A stretch of DNA of 63,323 bases, from positions 1-63,323 of the forward strand of contig JBBQLI010000003.1 of the NCBI GenBank assembly GCA_038327765.1, written 5' to 3'. Below, in pieces: positions 18,282 to 28,227 of the stretch (its first letter is position 1; every line of letters starts with the position of its first letter). A program made the position numbers and the translations under genes. The notes beneath the pieces were generated by a model, which saw nothing but the letters and a program-made list of their open reading frames with translations, was not told where the DNA came from and ran no database searches. Origin of the DNA: Candidatus Limnocylindrales bacterium (GTDB lineage: Bacteria > Chloroflexota > Limnocylindria > Limnocylindrales > CSP1-4).

Positions 18282-18835
18282 TCCGCCTGGGCACCGAGCC
18301 ATGCCCGGAGCTTGGCCCGTGCCGCAAAGAGCCGCCAGCGCACGGTCGCCGACGGCGTGTCGAGCTTGTCTGCGATCTCTGCGTCGCTCAAGCCCACGAA
18401 ATAGCGCAGGACCACGGCCGCCCGTTGCCGGGCGGGCAACCGACCGAGCATCGCCCACACGGCCGTCGCGTCTTCGGCCTGCTCGAACAGTGCTTCGGGT
18501 CCGGCCGCGGGGTCGATGAGGATCGTCGCCGGGCCGCCCTCTTCGACGTCGCGGTCGAGCGAGTCCGTTCGCCGGCCACGCTGGACGGCCTTGATCGCGT
18601 CGTTGGCGACACTCCGCAGGAACCACGGCCCGAAGGCCGCGTTCGAGTCGAACTGGGCGACTCTCTCATACGCCCGGATGAATGCCGACTGGGTGATGTC
18701 CTCGGCAAGGGCTCGGTCGCGGACGATGAGGTAGGCCGTCCGGATCGCCTGGAGCTGATAGGCGTCGACCAGGGCCGCAAGGCCGCCGATGTCGCCGTCC
18801 TTCAGTCTCGCGATCGAAGCGCGTTCGACGCTCAC
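18278..18835 (-). CDS. ECF RNA polymerase sigma factor
   Basis: Region 2: LAALVDAYQLQAIRTAYLIVRDRALAEDITQSAFIRAYERVAQFDSNAAFGPWFLRSVANDAI. Region 4: AVVLRYFVGLSDAEIADKLDTPSATVRWRLFAARAKLR. Confidence 0.9.
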   Translation of the reverse strand: MSVERASIARLKDGDIGGLAALVDAYQLQAIRTAYLIVRDRALAEDITQSAFIRAYERVAQFDSNAAFGPWFLRSVANDAIKAVQRGRRTDSLDRDVEEGGPATILIDPAAGPEALFEQAEDATAVWAMLGRLPARQRAAVVLRYFVGLSDAEIADKLDTPSATVRWRLFAARAKLRAWLGAQAE

Positions 18836-18947
18836 CGGACCTCCATGGATGTGGCGCTCGTGCCGGGCGCCTACCCGTACTATCCGCGAGGGAGGCAGGA
18901 TGTTTGATGGACGTCCCCGCCCGACGCGAGGACGCTAGGATGCCGCC

Positions 18948-19460
18948 ATGCGCATCCGTATCGCCTTTGCCACGCTCTTTGTCGTCCTCGTCGCCGCATG
19001 CAGCGGTGGGCCTGGAGCCACCCCGAACCCATCCCTCGCCGGCGCGGCCGTGACCCCGAAGCCTGCCGCGAGCGGCGCGCCGGCCGGCGGCGCAGTCGAT
19101 TGTGTCGCGATCAAGGCCGCCGCGGTGAAACTGCTGGATATCCAGCTTCTTGCCCAGCTGACCACGCCGGACGCCGTCGCATCCATCAAGGCGAAGTCGA
19201 CCGGCAACCTGGACCCCGACACGTTCCTCGGGGCGATGCACACGCTGCACGCGCTAGACCGTTATGCCGGGCCGCTGGGCGATCCCAAGGCCGCCATCGA
19301 CTTCTACGAGACGGCCGGCCAGGCCGCGAAGGTGTTGTTCGCCACCGATCCGATGACCCAGGCGGCGATCGATACCTACAACAAGAACGTCGGCCCGATC
19401 AGCGACTTCCTCGGCCACCAGGTCGCGATCTCCGGAGGGATGAGCTCGGCCGGCTGCTGA
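18948..19460 (+). CDS. Secreted lipoprotein, function unknown
   Basis: Lipobox FVVLVAAC followed by a helical-looking ~140-aa domain. Confidence 0.72.
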   Translation: MRIRIAFATLFVVLVAACSGGPGATPNPSLAGAAVTPKPAASGAPAGGAVDCVAIKAAAVKLLDIQLLAQLTTPDAVASIKAKSTGNLDPDTFLGAMHTLHALDRYAGPLGDPKAAIDFYETAGQAAKVLFATDPMTQAAIDTYNKNVGPISDFLGHQVAISGGMSSAGC

Positions 19461-19550
19461 GGGACCGCGCTGGCGAATGTCCAGCAAGAACGGACCCGGC
19501 GCGAATGGACGCGTCCGGCCGGCCGAATGTCGCGTTGCGACGATCAGCTT

Positions 19551-19979
19551 TCAGAGCCTCGGATTCACATCCGGATGCTGGATGGCCACGAGATCGAGGC
19601 CATCGATGCCCGTGAAGTCGTCTGGGTTGCAGGTGAACAGGGGCAGATCGTTGGCGATGGCGATCGCCGCGATCATCGCATCGAACGCCCGGGCCGACGT
19701 CTTGCGACCCGCACGCCGGAGCGAAGCGGCCACCTGACCGAACGCCCGGGCCGCATCCGCGTCGAAGGGCAATGGGTCGAAGTCGGCCTCGGCTTGCTGG
19801 AGATGGGCGAGTCGAGCTGCACGTTCGACATCGGTCGTGGCGACGAGCGGTCCGACCGACAGTTCGGCGAGGGTGACCGCCGAGATGAACGGCGCGTCCG
19901 GCAGCGCATCAGGGTCGTGCAGGCGCGGCAGCAGCAGGATCGTGCTCGTGTCGAGCAGGCCGGTGGCTCGTGCCGTCAC
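19551..19979 (-). CDS. vapC: PIN-domain ribonuclease toxin VapC
   Basis: PIN acidic residues in context (GLLDTSTIL..., ...FDAMIAAIAIANDLPLFTCNPDDF). The GTG start overlaps the antitoxin stop (GTGA). Confidence 0.88.
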   Translation of the reverse strand: MTARATGLLDTSTILLLPRLHDPDALPDAPFISAVTLAELSVGPLVATTDVERAARLAHLQQAEADFDPLPFDADAARAFGQVAASLRRAGRKTSARAFDAMIAAIAIANDLPLFTCNPDDFTGIDGLDLVAIQHPDVNPRL

Positions 19980-20212
19980 AGATGCGGGTCGACGACGTCG
20001 TCGATGTCTCGACGAAGTCGTTCAGCATCGATGATCGGGAGTCGCCGCCAGCGTCGCAGGAGGACCGCCGCGCTGAGCGGGGCGGATGGATAGGGACGCA
20101 GGTCTGCCACTGGCCGGCCGTCGCGCGTCACTGTCAGACGTTCGCCAGCCGCGACACGATCCACCACCTGGCCCCCGTGATTGCGCAACTCCCGGATCGT
20201 CACCTCACGCAT
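19976..20212 (-). CDS. vapB: Phd/YefM-type antitoxin (VapB)
   Basis: MREVTIRELRNHGGQVVDRVAAGERLTVTRDGRPVADLRP is the typical Phd/YefM N-terminus. It lies immediately upstream of, and overlaps, vapC. Confidence 0.85.
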   Translation of the reverse strand: MREVTIRELRNHGGQVVDRVAAGERLTVTRDGRPVADLRPYPSAPLSAAVLLRRWRRLPIIDAERLRRDIDDVVDPHL

Positions 20213-20253
20213 GGCATCACCGTATCACGCGTGATACATGGATGTCGAGACCA

Positions 20254-21216
20254 TCACAGGTGGATCGTGGTCCCGCAGGTGGCATCGCCAGCCACGTGGA
20301 CCGTCTTCACTGTCTCGCCAGCCTTCGGCGCGTCGCTGACGTCGCCGGCGACCGTGACGCCGCCGGCGGTCAGCGTGGCGACACCGGCTCCCTTGGCCGT
20401 GTAGAAGACGCCCTCCGCGGCGATCTCCACCGCCAGCTGCAGCGATCCGCTCGATGCGGTCACGAAGACCAGGACCGGCGTCGAGCCGGCCATGCCGAGG
20501 CCGTTGACGCCGACGAACGTCCCCGAGCTCGTGATCGTGCAGGTGACCTTGACATCCGTGAGCGGTCCGGCGAGCGGCCCATACGGCGAGGTGCCGGTGA
20601 GCACGATGGTCGACGTGCCCTGCGTCTGGTCGCCGCAATCGATCGTGCCGGAGATGGCGCTGACCGCCCCGAGATCGCCGACGACGGAGCCAGCTGCCGT
20701 CGTCTCCTTGACCGGGGAGTCGAGCGTGGCGCCGGTGGCACCATCGAAGCCGCTGACCCCGGTGCCGCTGAAGGTTCGCAGATGCAGCGTCGTGCCCGAC
20801 GACGAAGCGAGCCGAACCTCCACGAAGTCCGCGCGCAGGAAGGCCACGACCTGCGTTCCGTTCGTGGCTGCATGGCCGAGAAAGAAGATCTGGGGGCCAT
20901 CGAGGGACGGTCGACCGCAGATGATCTCCGTGGTGGTGACGGCGCCGGTCACGCCGCCCGTGCCGACCAGCGCGAACGTGGCCGTCGCCGGGCCTTTGCT
21001 CCGGGCCGGGGTGGCGGCCGGGGACGCCGTGGGCACGACGCTCGCTGAGCTCGTCGGGGTGGGGGTGTCGGATCCCGCAGATGCCGCGGCCGCCGACGGA
21101 GTCTGGGTCGAGGTGGTCGTGCCTGATCCACCACACGCGGCGACCAGCAGGCCGACCACGATCACGGCGGACCACCGGGCCAGGTGGCCGATCGGACCAG
21201 GACGAGCCGGATGCAT
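20254..21216 (-). CDS. Secreted lipoprotein with Ser/Thr/Pro linker and a Gly/Thr-rich beta domain
   Basis: The C-terminal 320 codons of the 665-aa ORF-track entry. Signal/lipobox: WSAVIVVGLLVAAC. The upstream part of the long ORF is antisense to the gene at 21358-22473. The start could instead be at 21243. Confidence 0.68.
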   Translation of the reverse strand: MHPARPGPIGHLARWSAVIVVGLLVAACGGSGTTTSTQTPSAAAASAGSDTPTPTSSASVVPTASPAATPARSKGPATATFALVGTGGVTGAVTTTEIICGRPSLDGPQIFFLGHAATNGTQVVAFLRADFVEVRLASSSGTTLHLRTFSGTGVSGFDGATGATLDSPVKETTAAGSVVGDLGAVSAISGTIDCGDQTQGTSTIVLTGTSPYGPLAGPLTDVKVTCTITSSGTFVGVNGLGMAGSTPVLVFVTASSGSLQLAVEIAAEGVFYTAKGAGVATLTAGGVTVAGDVSDAPKAGETVKTVHVAGDATCGTTIHL

Positions 21217-21357
21217 GCTTGAACTCCTTCGGGTGATCCTCATCGTCTCCGCGAGGGTGCGCAGCGCATCGTGCGCCATCGGCATCAAACCAGCCACGCC
21301 CCATTCCTCGGACTCGATGCTTTCGACCGGGTCGAGATCCGCGCACACTAGACCCCG

Positions 21358-22473
21358 ATGGAGGGGTTGCGAGGATCTCTGAGCGGTCCGGGCTGGCGGA
21401 TGGTGCGCGATCTCGTGCTGCCGATCGTCGCCCTTCGGCTGGTCATGCTGGCGTTCGGCTGGCTGGCGGTCACGGTCTTCGCCCCGGGGACGGCGGGGCA
21501 GGGGTTCCTCGGGATCTGGGACCACTGGGACGGTCCGCACTTCCTCGAAGTCGCCGCGACCGGGTACGGACCACCGACCGACCCGGCTCGCATCGTCCTG
21601 TTCCCGCTCTACCCACTGGCGATCCGACTCGGCAGCTTCGTGTTCGAGCCGCTGGTGGCCGCGATGGCGATCTCCCTGGCGTCGACGGTCGCGGCGGCGA
21701 TCGGGCTCTACCGTCTCGTTCGGCTCGACGGACCGGAGCGTCTGGCCCGGATGTCGGTGGTCGCGATGGTCGCGTTCCCGACGGCCTATGCGTTCGTGGC
21801 CCCGTACTCCGAGGCGATCTTCCTGGCCCTGACGGTGTGGGCGTTCGTCGCGATGCGCCGAGGTGACCCGCGACTCGCGGGCATCCTTGCCGGCCTCGCG
21901 GCTCTCTCGCGCATCCAGGGCGTCTTCCTGCTCCCCGCGCTCGGGGTCGAATACCTGCTGCTGCGCCGCCGGCTCGATCGCGACGCGCTCTGGCTCCTGC
22001 TGCCGGGGGTCGGGTTCGCGATCTACCTCGCGATCAACCAGGTCACGTTCGGTGACCCGTTCGCGTTCGTCGCGGCCCAGGAGAAGTGGTTCCACGTCCA
22101 CAACACGTTCCCGTGGGTCGCGCTGTCGCCGCTGATCGGCAAGACCGTGGCCGGTCCGTTCAGTGAATCGTGGGTGACCGTCTATCTGGCACCGCTCGTG
22201 GGGCTCGTCCTGCTGGCCCTGGTGACGGGTTGGACGATCCTCAGCAAGCACGCCCGGCCGTCGTATGCGGTCTACACCGCCATCAGCCTGATCGCATTCG
22301 CATCGCTCAACTGGCCGATCAGCGTGCCGCGCTACGTGCTGGGTGTCTTCCCGATGTTCATCGCCCTCGGATCGTCATTCAGGTCGCCCCTTGGGCAGGT
22401 CGCCCTGATGGCGAGCGTGCTGCTGCTGGCCGTCTTCACCACGCTATTTGTCATGGGCCACTGGGCGTTCTGA
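21358..22473 (+). CDS. Polytopic membrane protein, GT-C-fold glycosyl/mannosyltransferase-like (PIG-V/DUF2029-like)
   Basis: At least 9 hydrophobic helices. N-terminal loop motif WDHWDGPHFLEVAATGY followed by FPLYPL, as seen in PIG-V-type mannosyltransferases. Family assignment is from memory only. Confidence 0.62.
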   Translation: MEGLRGSLSGPGWRMVRDLVLPIVALRLVMLAFGWLAVTVFAPGTAGQGFLGIWDHWDGPHFLEVAATGYGPPTDPARIVLFPLYPLAIRLGSFVFEPLVAAMAISLASTVAAAIGLYRLVRLDGPERLARMSVVAMVAFPTAYAFVAPYSEAIFLALTVWAFVAMRRGDPRLAGILAGLAALSRIQGVFLLPALGVEYLLLRRRLDRDALWLLLPGVGFAIYLAINQVTFGDPFAFVAAQEKWFHVHNTFPWVALSPLIGKTVAGPFSESWVTVYLAPLVGLVLLALVTGWTILSKHARPSYAVYTAISLIAFASLNWPISVPRYVLGVFPMFIALGSSFRSPLGQVALMASVLLLAVFTTLFVMGHWAF

Positions 22474-22543
22474 ACTCGAAACAGGCCCGCTCCTCGCACG
22501 CCTCTAACCAACGGCGCGGGCGCACGGGATTACGCTCGGCAGC

Positions 22544-23839
22544 ATGTCCGACAACGGGAGGTCCGCGAGTGACGGATCACCATCCGTCGATGCGGCCGAC
22601 TCGCTGGACGCCGACCCGCAGGACGCGATGGGACGGCCTTCGCATCTCCCGCGGTCCTCGCGTCTCGCGCGGTCCGACCTGGCATTCAGCCTCGTTGTCT
22701 TCTTCGGCTACGCGCTGATCCCATTCCTCGCGATCGTCACGAGGCACACGGGTGCGGACCGGATGATGGTCCTCGCCCAGCAGGTGCTCCAGGGTCACCT
22801 CGACTCCCCGACGTTCGCGGGCACGGTCGACTCGGTCGAACGCTCCGGGCGGTACTACATCGCGGTCGGGCCGCTCCAGGTCGCGCCATATCTGCCGTTC
22901 GCCCTGGTCCATCTGTTCCAGAACCTGGCGCGCTACCTCGTGTCATTCCTGCCCGGCGTCGCGGCCGCCCTCCTGGCCCTCCCGCTGGCTCGGGCATATG
23001 GGGCTCGTGGCGCGGCCGCGTATTGGGTGGCGGCATTCAGCGCGTTCGGGACGTTGCTTCTCTTCGTCCCGGTGTTCGGGAACTTCTACTGGCTCGCCCA
23101 CGCAGAATCGTTCCTCGCCCTCACCGTGATGCTGCTCGAATGGGCGGGGCGCCGGCGGCCGCCCGTCCTCGGGATCCTGTTCGGACTCTCGTTCCTGGCA
23201 CGGCCGACGACGATCCTCGCAGCGCTGCCGTTCGCCGTCGCCCTGGCGTGGCGCAAACGGGACGCCCTTCGTCGGCTCGTGGCGCTGGGCGTGCCGATCG
23301 GGGTCGCGGGACTCATCTATGCGGCGTTCGACTGGGCACGCTTCGGCAGCCCGATCGAGAGTGGCTATGCCATCTCGCTGCTCCACAACCCGTCACTCAT
23401 CGCTCGCCGGGCCGGTGGCATCTTCTCGATCGGCCAGATCGCGGAGAACATCCGGCTGGCATTCGTCCAGCTGCCGACCATCCGCCGGGCGTTTCCCTTC
23501 GTCATCCCGAGTGCGTATGGCCAGTCGATGCTCCTGGTGTCGCCCGGGCTCCTGATCAGCCTTCGGGCTGGCTTCCGCGACCCCGCCGCGCGGATGTTGT
23601 GGGCGGCGGCGGGCCTGGTCGCGATCCCGATCTTCCTCTACTACGGAGGCGGCTACGTCCAGTACGGCTTCCGCTACTCGCTCGACTTCACGCCGTTCCT
23701 GGTCGCCCTGACGGCCATGGCGACGAGGCAGCGATTCGGGCGGCTTGAGCGCACGCTGTTCGCGCTGAGCATCCTGTTCGTGGCCGTCGGCGTCATCTGG
23801 TATGGCGCCGCGCATCTGGCGCAGTCAGGCGCCGGATGA
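22544..23839 (+). CDS. Polytopic membrane protein, GT-C-fold (ArnT/PMT-like) glycosyltransferase candidate
   Basis: 431 aa with at least 10 hydrophobic helices and periplasmic-loop Arg/Asp residues. Adjacent to, and on the same strand as, the previous GT-C-like gene. Family not firmly recognisable. Confidence 0.55.
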   Translation: MSDNGRSASDGSPSVDAADSLDADPQDAMGRPSHLPRSSRLARSDLAFSLVVFFGYALIPFLAIVTRHTGADRMMVLAQQVLQGHLDSPTFAGTVDSVERSGRYYIAVGPLQVAPYLPFALVHLFQNLARYLVSFLPGVAAALLALPLARAYGARGAAAYWVAAFSAFGTLLLFVPVFGNFYWLAHAESFLALTVMLLEWAGRRRPPVLGILFGLSFLARPTTILAALPFAVALAWRKRDALRRLVALGVPIGVAGLIYAAFDWARFGSPIESGYAISLLHNPSLIARRAGGIFSIGQIAENIRLAFVQLPTIRRAFPFVIPSAYGQSMLLVSPGLLISLRAGFRDPAARMLWAAAGLVAIPIFLYYGGGYVQYGFRYSLDFTPFLVALTAMATRQRFGRLERTLFALSILFVAVGVIWYGAAHLAQSGAG

Positions 23840-24490
23840 GCTCGGCAGCAGGTAGAGCAGGACCAGGCCGATGATCACGGCAAGCCCGAAGATCGGGTTC
23901 ACCAGCGCGAGCACGAACGCCAGCAGGTAGCCGGGCGGTCCCAGGCGGTAGCTGCGGGTGATCGAAGCGATGGCCGCCGGGTCCGCGTCGGCGCGCAGGA
24001 GCTGGCCTCCGTGTCGACGGGCCACGAACCACAGGGCGTTGAAGCCGAGGGCGATCGCGACGAAGGTGGCGCAGTAGACGAGGACGCCGATCTGCTCCGT
24101 CGGTCCGCCAAGGGTCCCGGCGAGGAGTGCCGTCGGAAACGGCACGAACCCCACCACGACCAGGAGCGCGAGGTTCCCGATGATCAGCCCGTGGTCGACC
24201 GCCGCGACGTAGCGCATCAGGTTGTGGTGGTTGGCCCACATGATCCCGACCGTCACGAAGCTCAGGAGATAGCCGAGATAACTCGGCCACAGCTGGCCGA
24301 GTGCCCGTACCAACGCGTCCGGCGTCGCGACCTCTGGCCCCGACGGTACCCGGATATCCAGCACGAGGAGGGTGATCGCGATCGCGAACACCCCGTCGCT
24401 GAAGGCCTCCAGTCGTTCTGGCGACCGGCTTCGCCGGGCGCGCCGTTGCTCGGCTGCAGAGCTGGGACTCTCGTGCGTCGTCACGACCAT
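23825..24490 (-). CDS. TMEM175-family (DUF1211) potassium channel homologue
   Basis: Signature RLEAFSDGVFAIAITLLVLDI at the start of helix 1; six TM helices. Confidence 0.85.
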   Translation of the reverse strand: MVVTTHESPSSAAEQRRARRSRSPERLEAFSDGVFAIAITLLVLDIRVPSGPEVATPDALVRALGQLWPSYLGYLLSFVTVGIMWANHHNLMRYVAAVDHGLIIGNLALLVVVGFVPFPTALLAGTLGGPTEQIGVLVYCATFVAIALGFNALWFVARRHGGQLLRADADPAAIASITRSYRLGPPGYLLAFVLALVNPIFGLAVIIGLVLLYLLPSSSGA

Positions 24491-24522
24491 CGCCGGATTA
24501 TCGCGCGCGGCGGCCGAGATCC

Positions 24523-26268
24523 GTGACGCGGAACGGGTATCGTGCCCATATGGGGAAGGGGCAGCACCTCAGGACGGGCGCACCGCCATCACGCTGGCAG
24601 GCGACGCCGCTGCACGGAGCGCCACCGCCGACCCGATCGCGTCGACCGTGGGTCGCCGTCGCGGCCGTCGGCGTGATCGTGGTGGTCTCGGCGATCGCGT
24701 TGTCGATCTTCGGCTTGCCCGTCGGGACCCACGAAGGTCCGAGCCCCAGCCCGCTGGCGGTCGCCTCGCCATCCGTCGCGGCGTCCGGCACCGGGGCCAG
24801 CCCGTCGGTCTCCGGCAGCGGCGCGCCCTCGGCGTCGGCCGCGCCGTCGGCCATCGTGATCGGCGCGGTACCGATCGTGCCGGTCGCGGACTATCGCTCG
24901 GCGATCATCTCCACGAGTTCGAAGCAGGTGGCGGCCGTGGTCCACGGAACGGACCGTCACTGGGTCGCACTCGAACTCGTGGCCAGCGAGGTGGACCCGA
25001 TCCTGAAGACCCTGGGCACCACGCGCGCGACGGTCGGGAAGCGTCTGATCGTCGCGCCCGACGCAGCCACGCTCATGGCCGACCTCGCGAAGCACCGCGA
25101 CCGTCTGGCCTTCCTCCGCGCCGACGCGATGGGTCCCGGCGTTCGCGCGCTCGGGTGGGGAACCAAGGCCCTGTTCGGTGCCCATCGGCTCAAGGCGCTG
25201 TCCGCCTGGCCACTTGCGGCGCAACTCCCGATGCCGGCCGCCGCCGCCTACGACCCGAAGACCACGTGGACGCTCTTCGCGGGCGGTGACCTCGGACTGG
25301 ATCGCTCGTATGCGGCCGTGGTCAAGCTCCAGCACAAGGGCATCGACTACCCGTTCGACGGCGGGACCGCGCGCGTGGCGGGCCTGACCTGCTGCTCGCC
25401 GTTCGGCTGGAAGGTCCCGACGATCGTCTCCACCGGTCACAAGGGCGCGATGCGGGACCTGATCACCTCGGCCGACCTGGCGCTGGCGAACATGGAGGAA
25501 TCGGCGCCGAACAAGTTCACCTTCCATGAGCACGGGACGGTCTTCACCGGCGATCCGGCGCTCCTGGCCGGGATCGCCCGAGCCGGGATCGACGTGGCGT
25601 CGGTCGCCTCCACCCATATCGGTGACGGCGGCAAGGCCGGCATCCTGCAGACCATGGCCAGCCTCAAGAAGGCCGGGATCGTGCCGTTCGGTGCCGGGAA
25701 GGACCTGGCGGCCGCGCGCCAGCCGGCGGTCTTCACCGAGGGCGGCGTCAAGGTGGCGATCCTCGGGTATGACGGGATCTCGTATCGGTACTACGGGGCG
25801 ACACCCACCACCATCGGCGATGCGCCGCTGAAGTCGGCGTACTTCAAGGCCGACATCAAGGCGGCCCGTGCAGCCGGGGCCGACGTCGTGATCGTCTTCC
25901 CGCACTGGGGGATCGAGTACACGAGTGGCCCCTCGGCGCTCCAGCAGCGTCTGGGCCGCGCGATGATCGATGCCGGTGCCGACATGGTGATCGGCAACCA
26001 TCCGCACTGGGCGCAGGCGATGGAGGTCTACAAAGGCAGGCCGATCTGGTACTCGCTGGGCAACTTCACCTTCGACCAGAGCTGGTCGGAGCCCACCCTC
26101 GAGGGGATCACCCTGGAGCTCACGTTCCGCGGCAAGAGCCTGGTCCAGGCGTGGATGAACCCGCACATCCTCATCAAGGCGGTGCAGCCCAACCTGATGG
26201 ACATCGCCGGCGACGGTCAGCGGGTCCTCCGCCCGATCTACACGGCGTCGAAGCTGCTTCCCTGGTAA
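24523..26268 (+). CDS. CapA-family (PGA_cap, metallophosphatase-fold) protein with an N-terminal TM anchor
   Basis: TM segment WVAVAAVGVIVVVSAIALSIF followed by a Ser/Pro linker. CapA motifs: FAGGDLGLDR, ANMEESAP, PHWGIEYT and GNHPHWAQAMEVYKGRPIWYSLGNF. Confidence 0.85.
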   Translation: MTRNGYRAHMGKGQHLRTGAPPSRWQATPLHGAPPPTRSRRPWVAVAAVGVIVVVSAIALSIFGLPVGTHEGPSPSPLAVASPSVAASGTGASPSVSGSGAPSASAAPSAIVIGAVPIVPVADYRSAIISTSSKQVAAVVHGTDRHWVALELVASEVDPILKTLGTTRATVGKRLIVAPDAATLMADLAKHRDRLAFLRADAMGPGVRALGWGTKALFGAHRLKALSAWPLAAQLPMPAAAAYDPKTTWTLFAGGDLGLDRSYAAVVKLQHKGIDYPFDGGTARVAGLTCCSPFGWKVPTIVSTGHKGAMRDLITSADLALANMEESAPNKFTFHEHGTVFTGDPALLAGIARAGIDVASVASTHIGDGGKAGILQTMASLKKAGIVPFGAGKDLAAARQPAVFTEGGVKVAILGYDGISYRYYGATPTTIGDAPLKSAYFKADIKAARAAGADVVIVFPHWGIEYTSGPSALQQRLGRAMIDAGADMVIGNHPHWAQAMEVYKGRPIWYSLGNFTFDQSWSEPTLEGITLELTFRGKSLVQAWMNPHILIKAVQPNLMDIAGDGQRVLRPIYTASKLLPW

Positions 26269-26299
26269 GGCCCCTGGGCGAGGCGAGTGGCCGCCGTCC

Positions 26300-28183
26300 T
26301 CAGCGCGGGCGTTCGAGGCGGACGGGGAGCTGCTGACCGCGAATCCGCGTCCCGCGCAGCGCATCGGCCACGGCGCCTGCGACCGCTGCCTGGACATCGA
26401 CGAGGGCGAAGTCGTCGAAGATCTGGATCGCGCCGACCACCGAACCTGGCACGCCCGCCTCGTTCGCGATCGCCCCGACGAGATCGCTGGGTCGGATCCC
26501 GGCACGCCGTCCGCCGCCCACCCACAGCTGGACCCAGCCGCCGTCCGGCACCGACGGGTGGGGCGGCCCGGGCTGTCGAGGACCCTGCGGGAACGGCGGC
26601 GCTGGGGCACGACCCGGGCTGGCCGCGTTGCCGCCCGGGCCGAACGGTCGCCCAGCCGGACCCGCGCCCTGGCTGAAGCCCGCCCTGCCGGGAGGTCCGG
26701 CAGCGGGACGTCCCCGGATCGTCGGCCCGCCTCGAGGGCCGGGCTGGGTCCGCGGCACGTTCGACGGCTCGTTGAGGAACGCAGGCGCCAGTTCCACCTG
26801 ATCCTGTTCGCTGACCTGGGCGCCCTCGATGAGGGAGACCGCCGCCAGGGCGATGTCCACGAGGTCGAACTCCTCGGTCAGCGGCTCGACTACGCCACGC
26901 ATATCGTCGTGGCCGCCGGCCAGGAGGGCCTCGCGAAGGTTGGCACGCAGGATCTCCACCCGCCGCTCGCGCAGGTCGGCGACGGTCGGGAGCCGTTCGA
27001 TGCGCAGTTTCGTGTGCATCGCCGCCTCGATATTGCGCAGGAGGCGGTGCTCGCGCGGCTCGACCAGCGTGATCGCCACGCCTTCGCGACCCGCCCGGCC
27101 CGTGCGCCCGATCCGGTGGACGTACTGGTCGGGGTCCGACGGGACGTCGTAGTTGACGACGTGGCTCACGTGGTCGATATCGAGACCGCGTGCGGCGACA
27201 TCGGTGGCCACGAGGACGTCCAGCGAACCATCGCGGAATCGTCCCATCATCCGGTCGCGGGCCTCCTGGATCAGGCCGCCGTGCAGCGCGCCGGCATCGT
27301 GGCCGCGACCGCTCAGGGCTTCGGCGAGGTCGTCGACCTCACCACGCGTCCGGGCGAAGATCAGGGCGGAGGTCGGGTCCTCGACGTCCAGGATCCGGCA
27401 GAGTGCCGCGAGCTTGTCCGGGCGACGCACGACATACGCCGTTTGGCGGACACGCGCCACGCCATCGCGCGTCTCACGTTCGGCGTGGACCTGCACCTTG
27501 GCCGGTTCACGCAGGTGCCGCTTCGCGATCTTCGCGATCGATGGCGAGATCGTGGCCGAGAACAGCGCTGTCTGGCGCGTGGTCGGCGTGGCGGCAAGGA
27601 TCGCGTCGAGGTCTTCGGCGAAGCCCATGTCCAGCATCTCGTCAGCCTCGTCGAGGACGACCACGCCGACGTCGGAGAGATCGAGCGTGCCGCGCTTGAG
27701 GTGGTCCACGGCACGTCCCGGGGTCGCGACCACCACGTCCACCCCGCGACTCAGCCCGCGCAGTTGCTGGTGGATCGGCTGGCCTCCATAGACCGGGACC
27801 ACCCGAACCCCGAGCGCCTTGCCGTACGTATGGAACGCCTCCGCGACCTGAATCGCGAGCTCCCGTGTCGGCACCACCACCAGCGCGGAGGGCCGGTTCG
27901 GGCCGGCGCGCCCGCCGTCGAGGTGGGCGAGGATCGGGAGAGCGAATGCGGCGGTCTTGCCGGTCCCCGTGGGGGCCTCGGCAAGCACGTCGCGTCCGGC
28001 GAGGAGCAGCGGGATCGCCTCGCGCTGGATAGGCGTCGGCTCCTCGTAGCCGAGTGCGGCGAGGGTCGTCAGCAGCGGCTCGCCGACGCCGAGACCCGCG
28101 AACCCGTCCGCCTGCGGCACAGGTTCGGGCATCGCTTCGTGGTTCGCGGCGACCTCTGGCGGCGGAGCTGTCTTTTTGGCCAT
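26300..28183 (-). CDS. DEAD-box ATP-dependent RNA helicase with a C-terminal DbpA-type RNA-binding domain
   Basis: Q motif (GYEEPTPIQ), motif I AEAPTGTGKT, motif II VLDEADEM, SAT, and motif VI HRIGRTGRAG. The C-terminus WVQLWVGGGRRAGIRPSDLVGAIANEAGV... is DbpA-like. Confidence 0.92.
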   Translation of the reverse strand: MAKKTAPPPEVAANHEAMPEPVPQADGFAGLGVGEPLLTTLAALGYEEPTPIQREAIPLLLAGRDVLAEAPTGTGKTAAFALPILAHLDGGRAGPNRPSALVVVPTRELAIQVAEAFHTYGKALGVRVVPVYGGQPIHQQLRGLSRGVDVVVATPGRAVDHLKRGTLDLSDVGVVVLDEADEMLDMGFAEDLDAILAATPTTRQTALFSATISPSIAKIAKRHLREPAKVQVHAERETRDGVARVRQTAYVVRRPDKLAALCRILDVEDPTSALIFARTRGEVDDLAEALSGRGHDAGALHGGLIQEARDRMMGRFRDGSLDVLVATDVAARGLDIDHVSHVVNYDVPSDPDQYVHRIGRTGRAGREGVAITLVEPREHRLLRNIEAAMHTKLRIERLPTVADLRERRVEILRANLREALLAGGHDDMRGVVEPLTEEFDLVDIALAAVSLIEGAQVSEQDQVELAPAFLNEPSNVPRTQPGPRGGPTIRGRPAAGPPGRAGFSQGAGPAGRPFGPGGNAASPGRAPAPPFPQGPRQPGPPHPSVPDGGWVQLWVGGGRRAGIRPSDLVGAIANEAGVPGSVVGAIQIFDDFALVDVQAAVAGAVADALRGTRIRGQQLPVRLERPR

Positions 28184-28227
28184 GTCGATAGTGTGACCGC
28201 GTCGGGCGTTTGCCTCCCGACGTTCGT

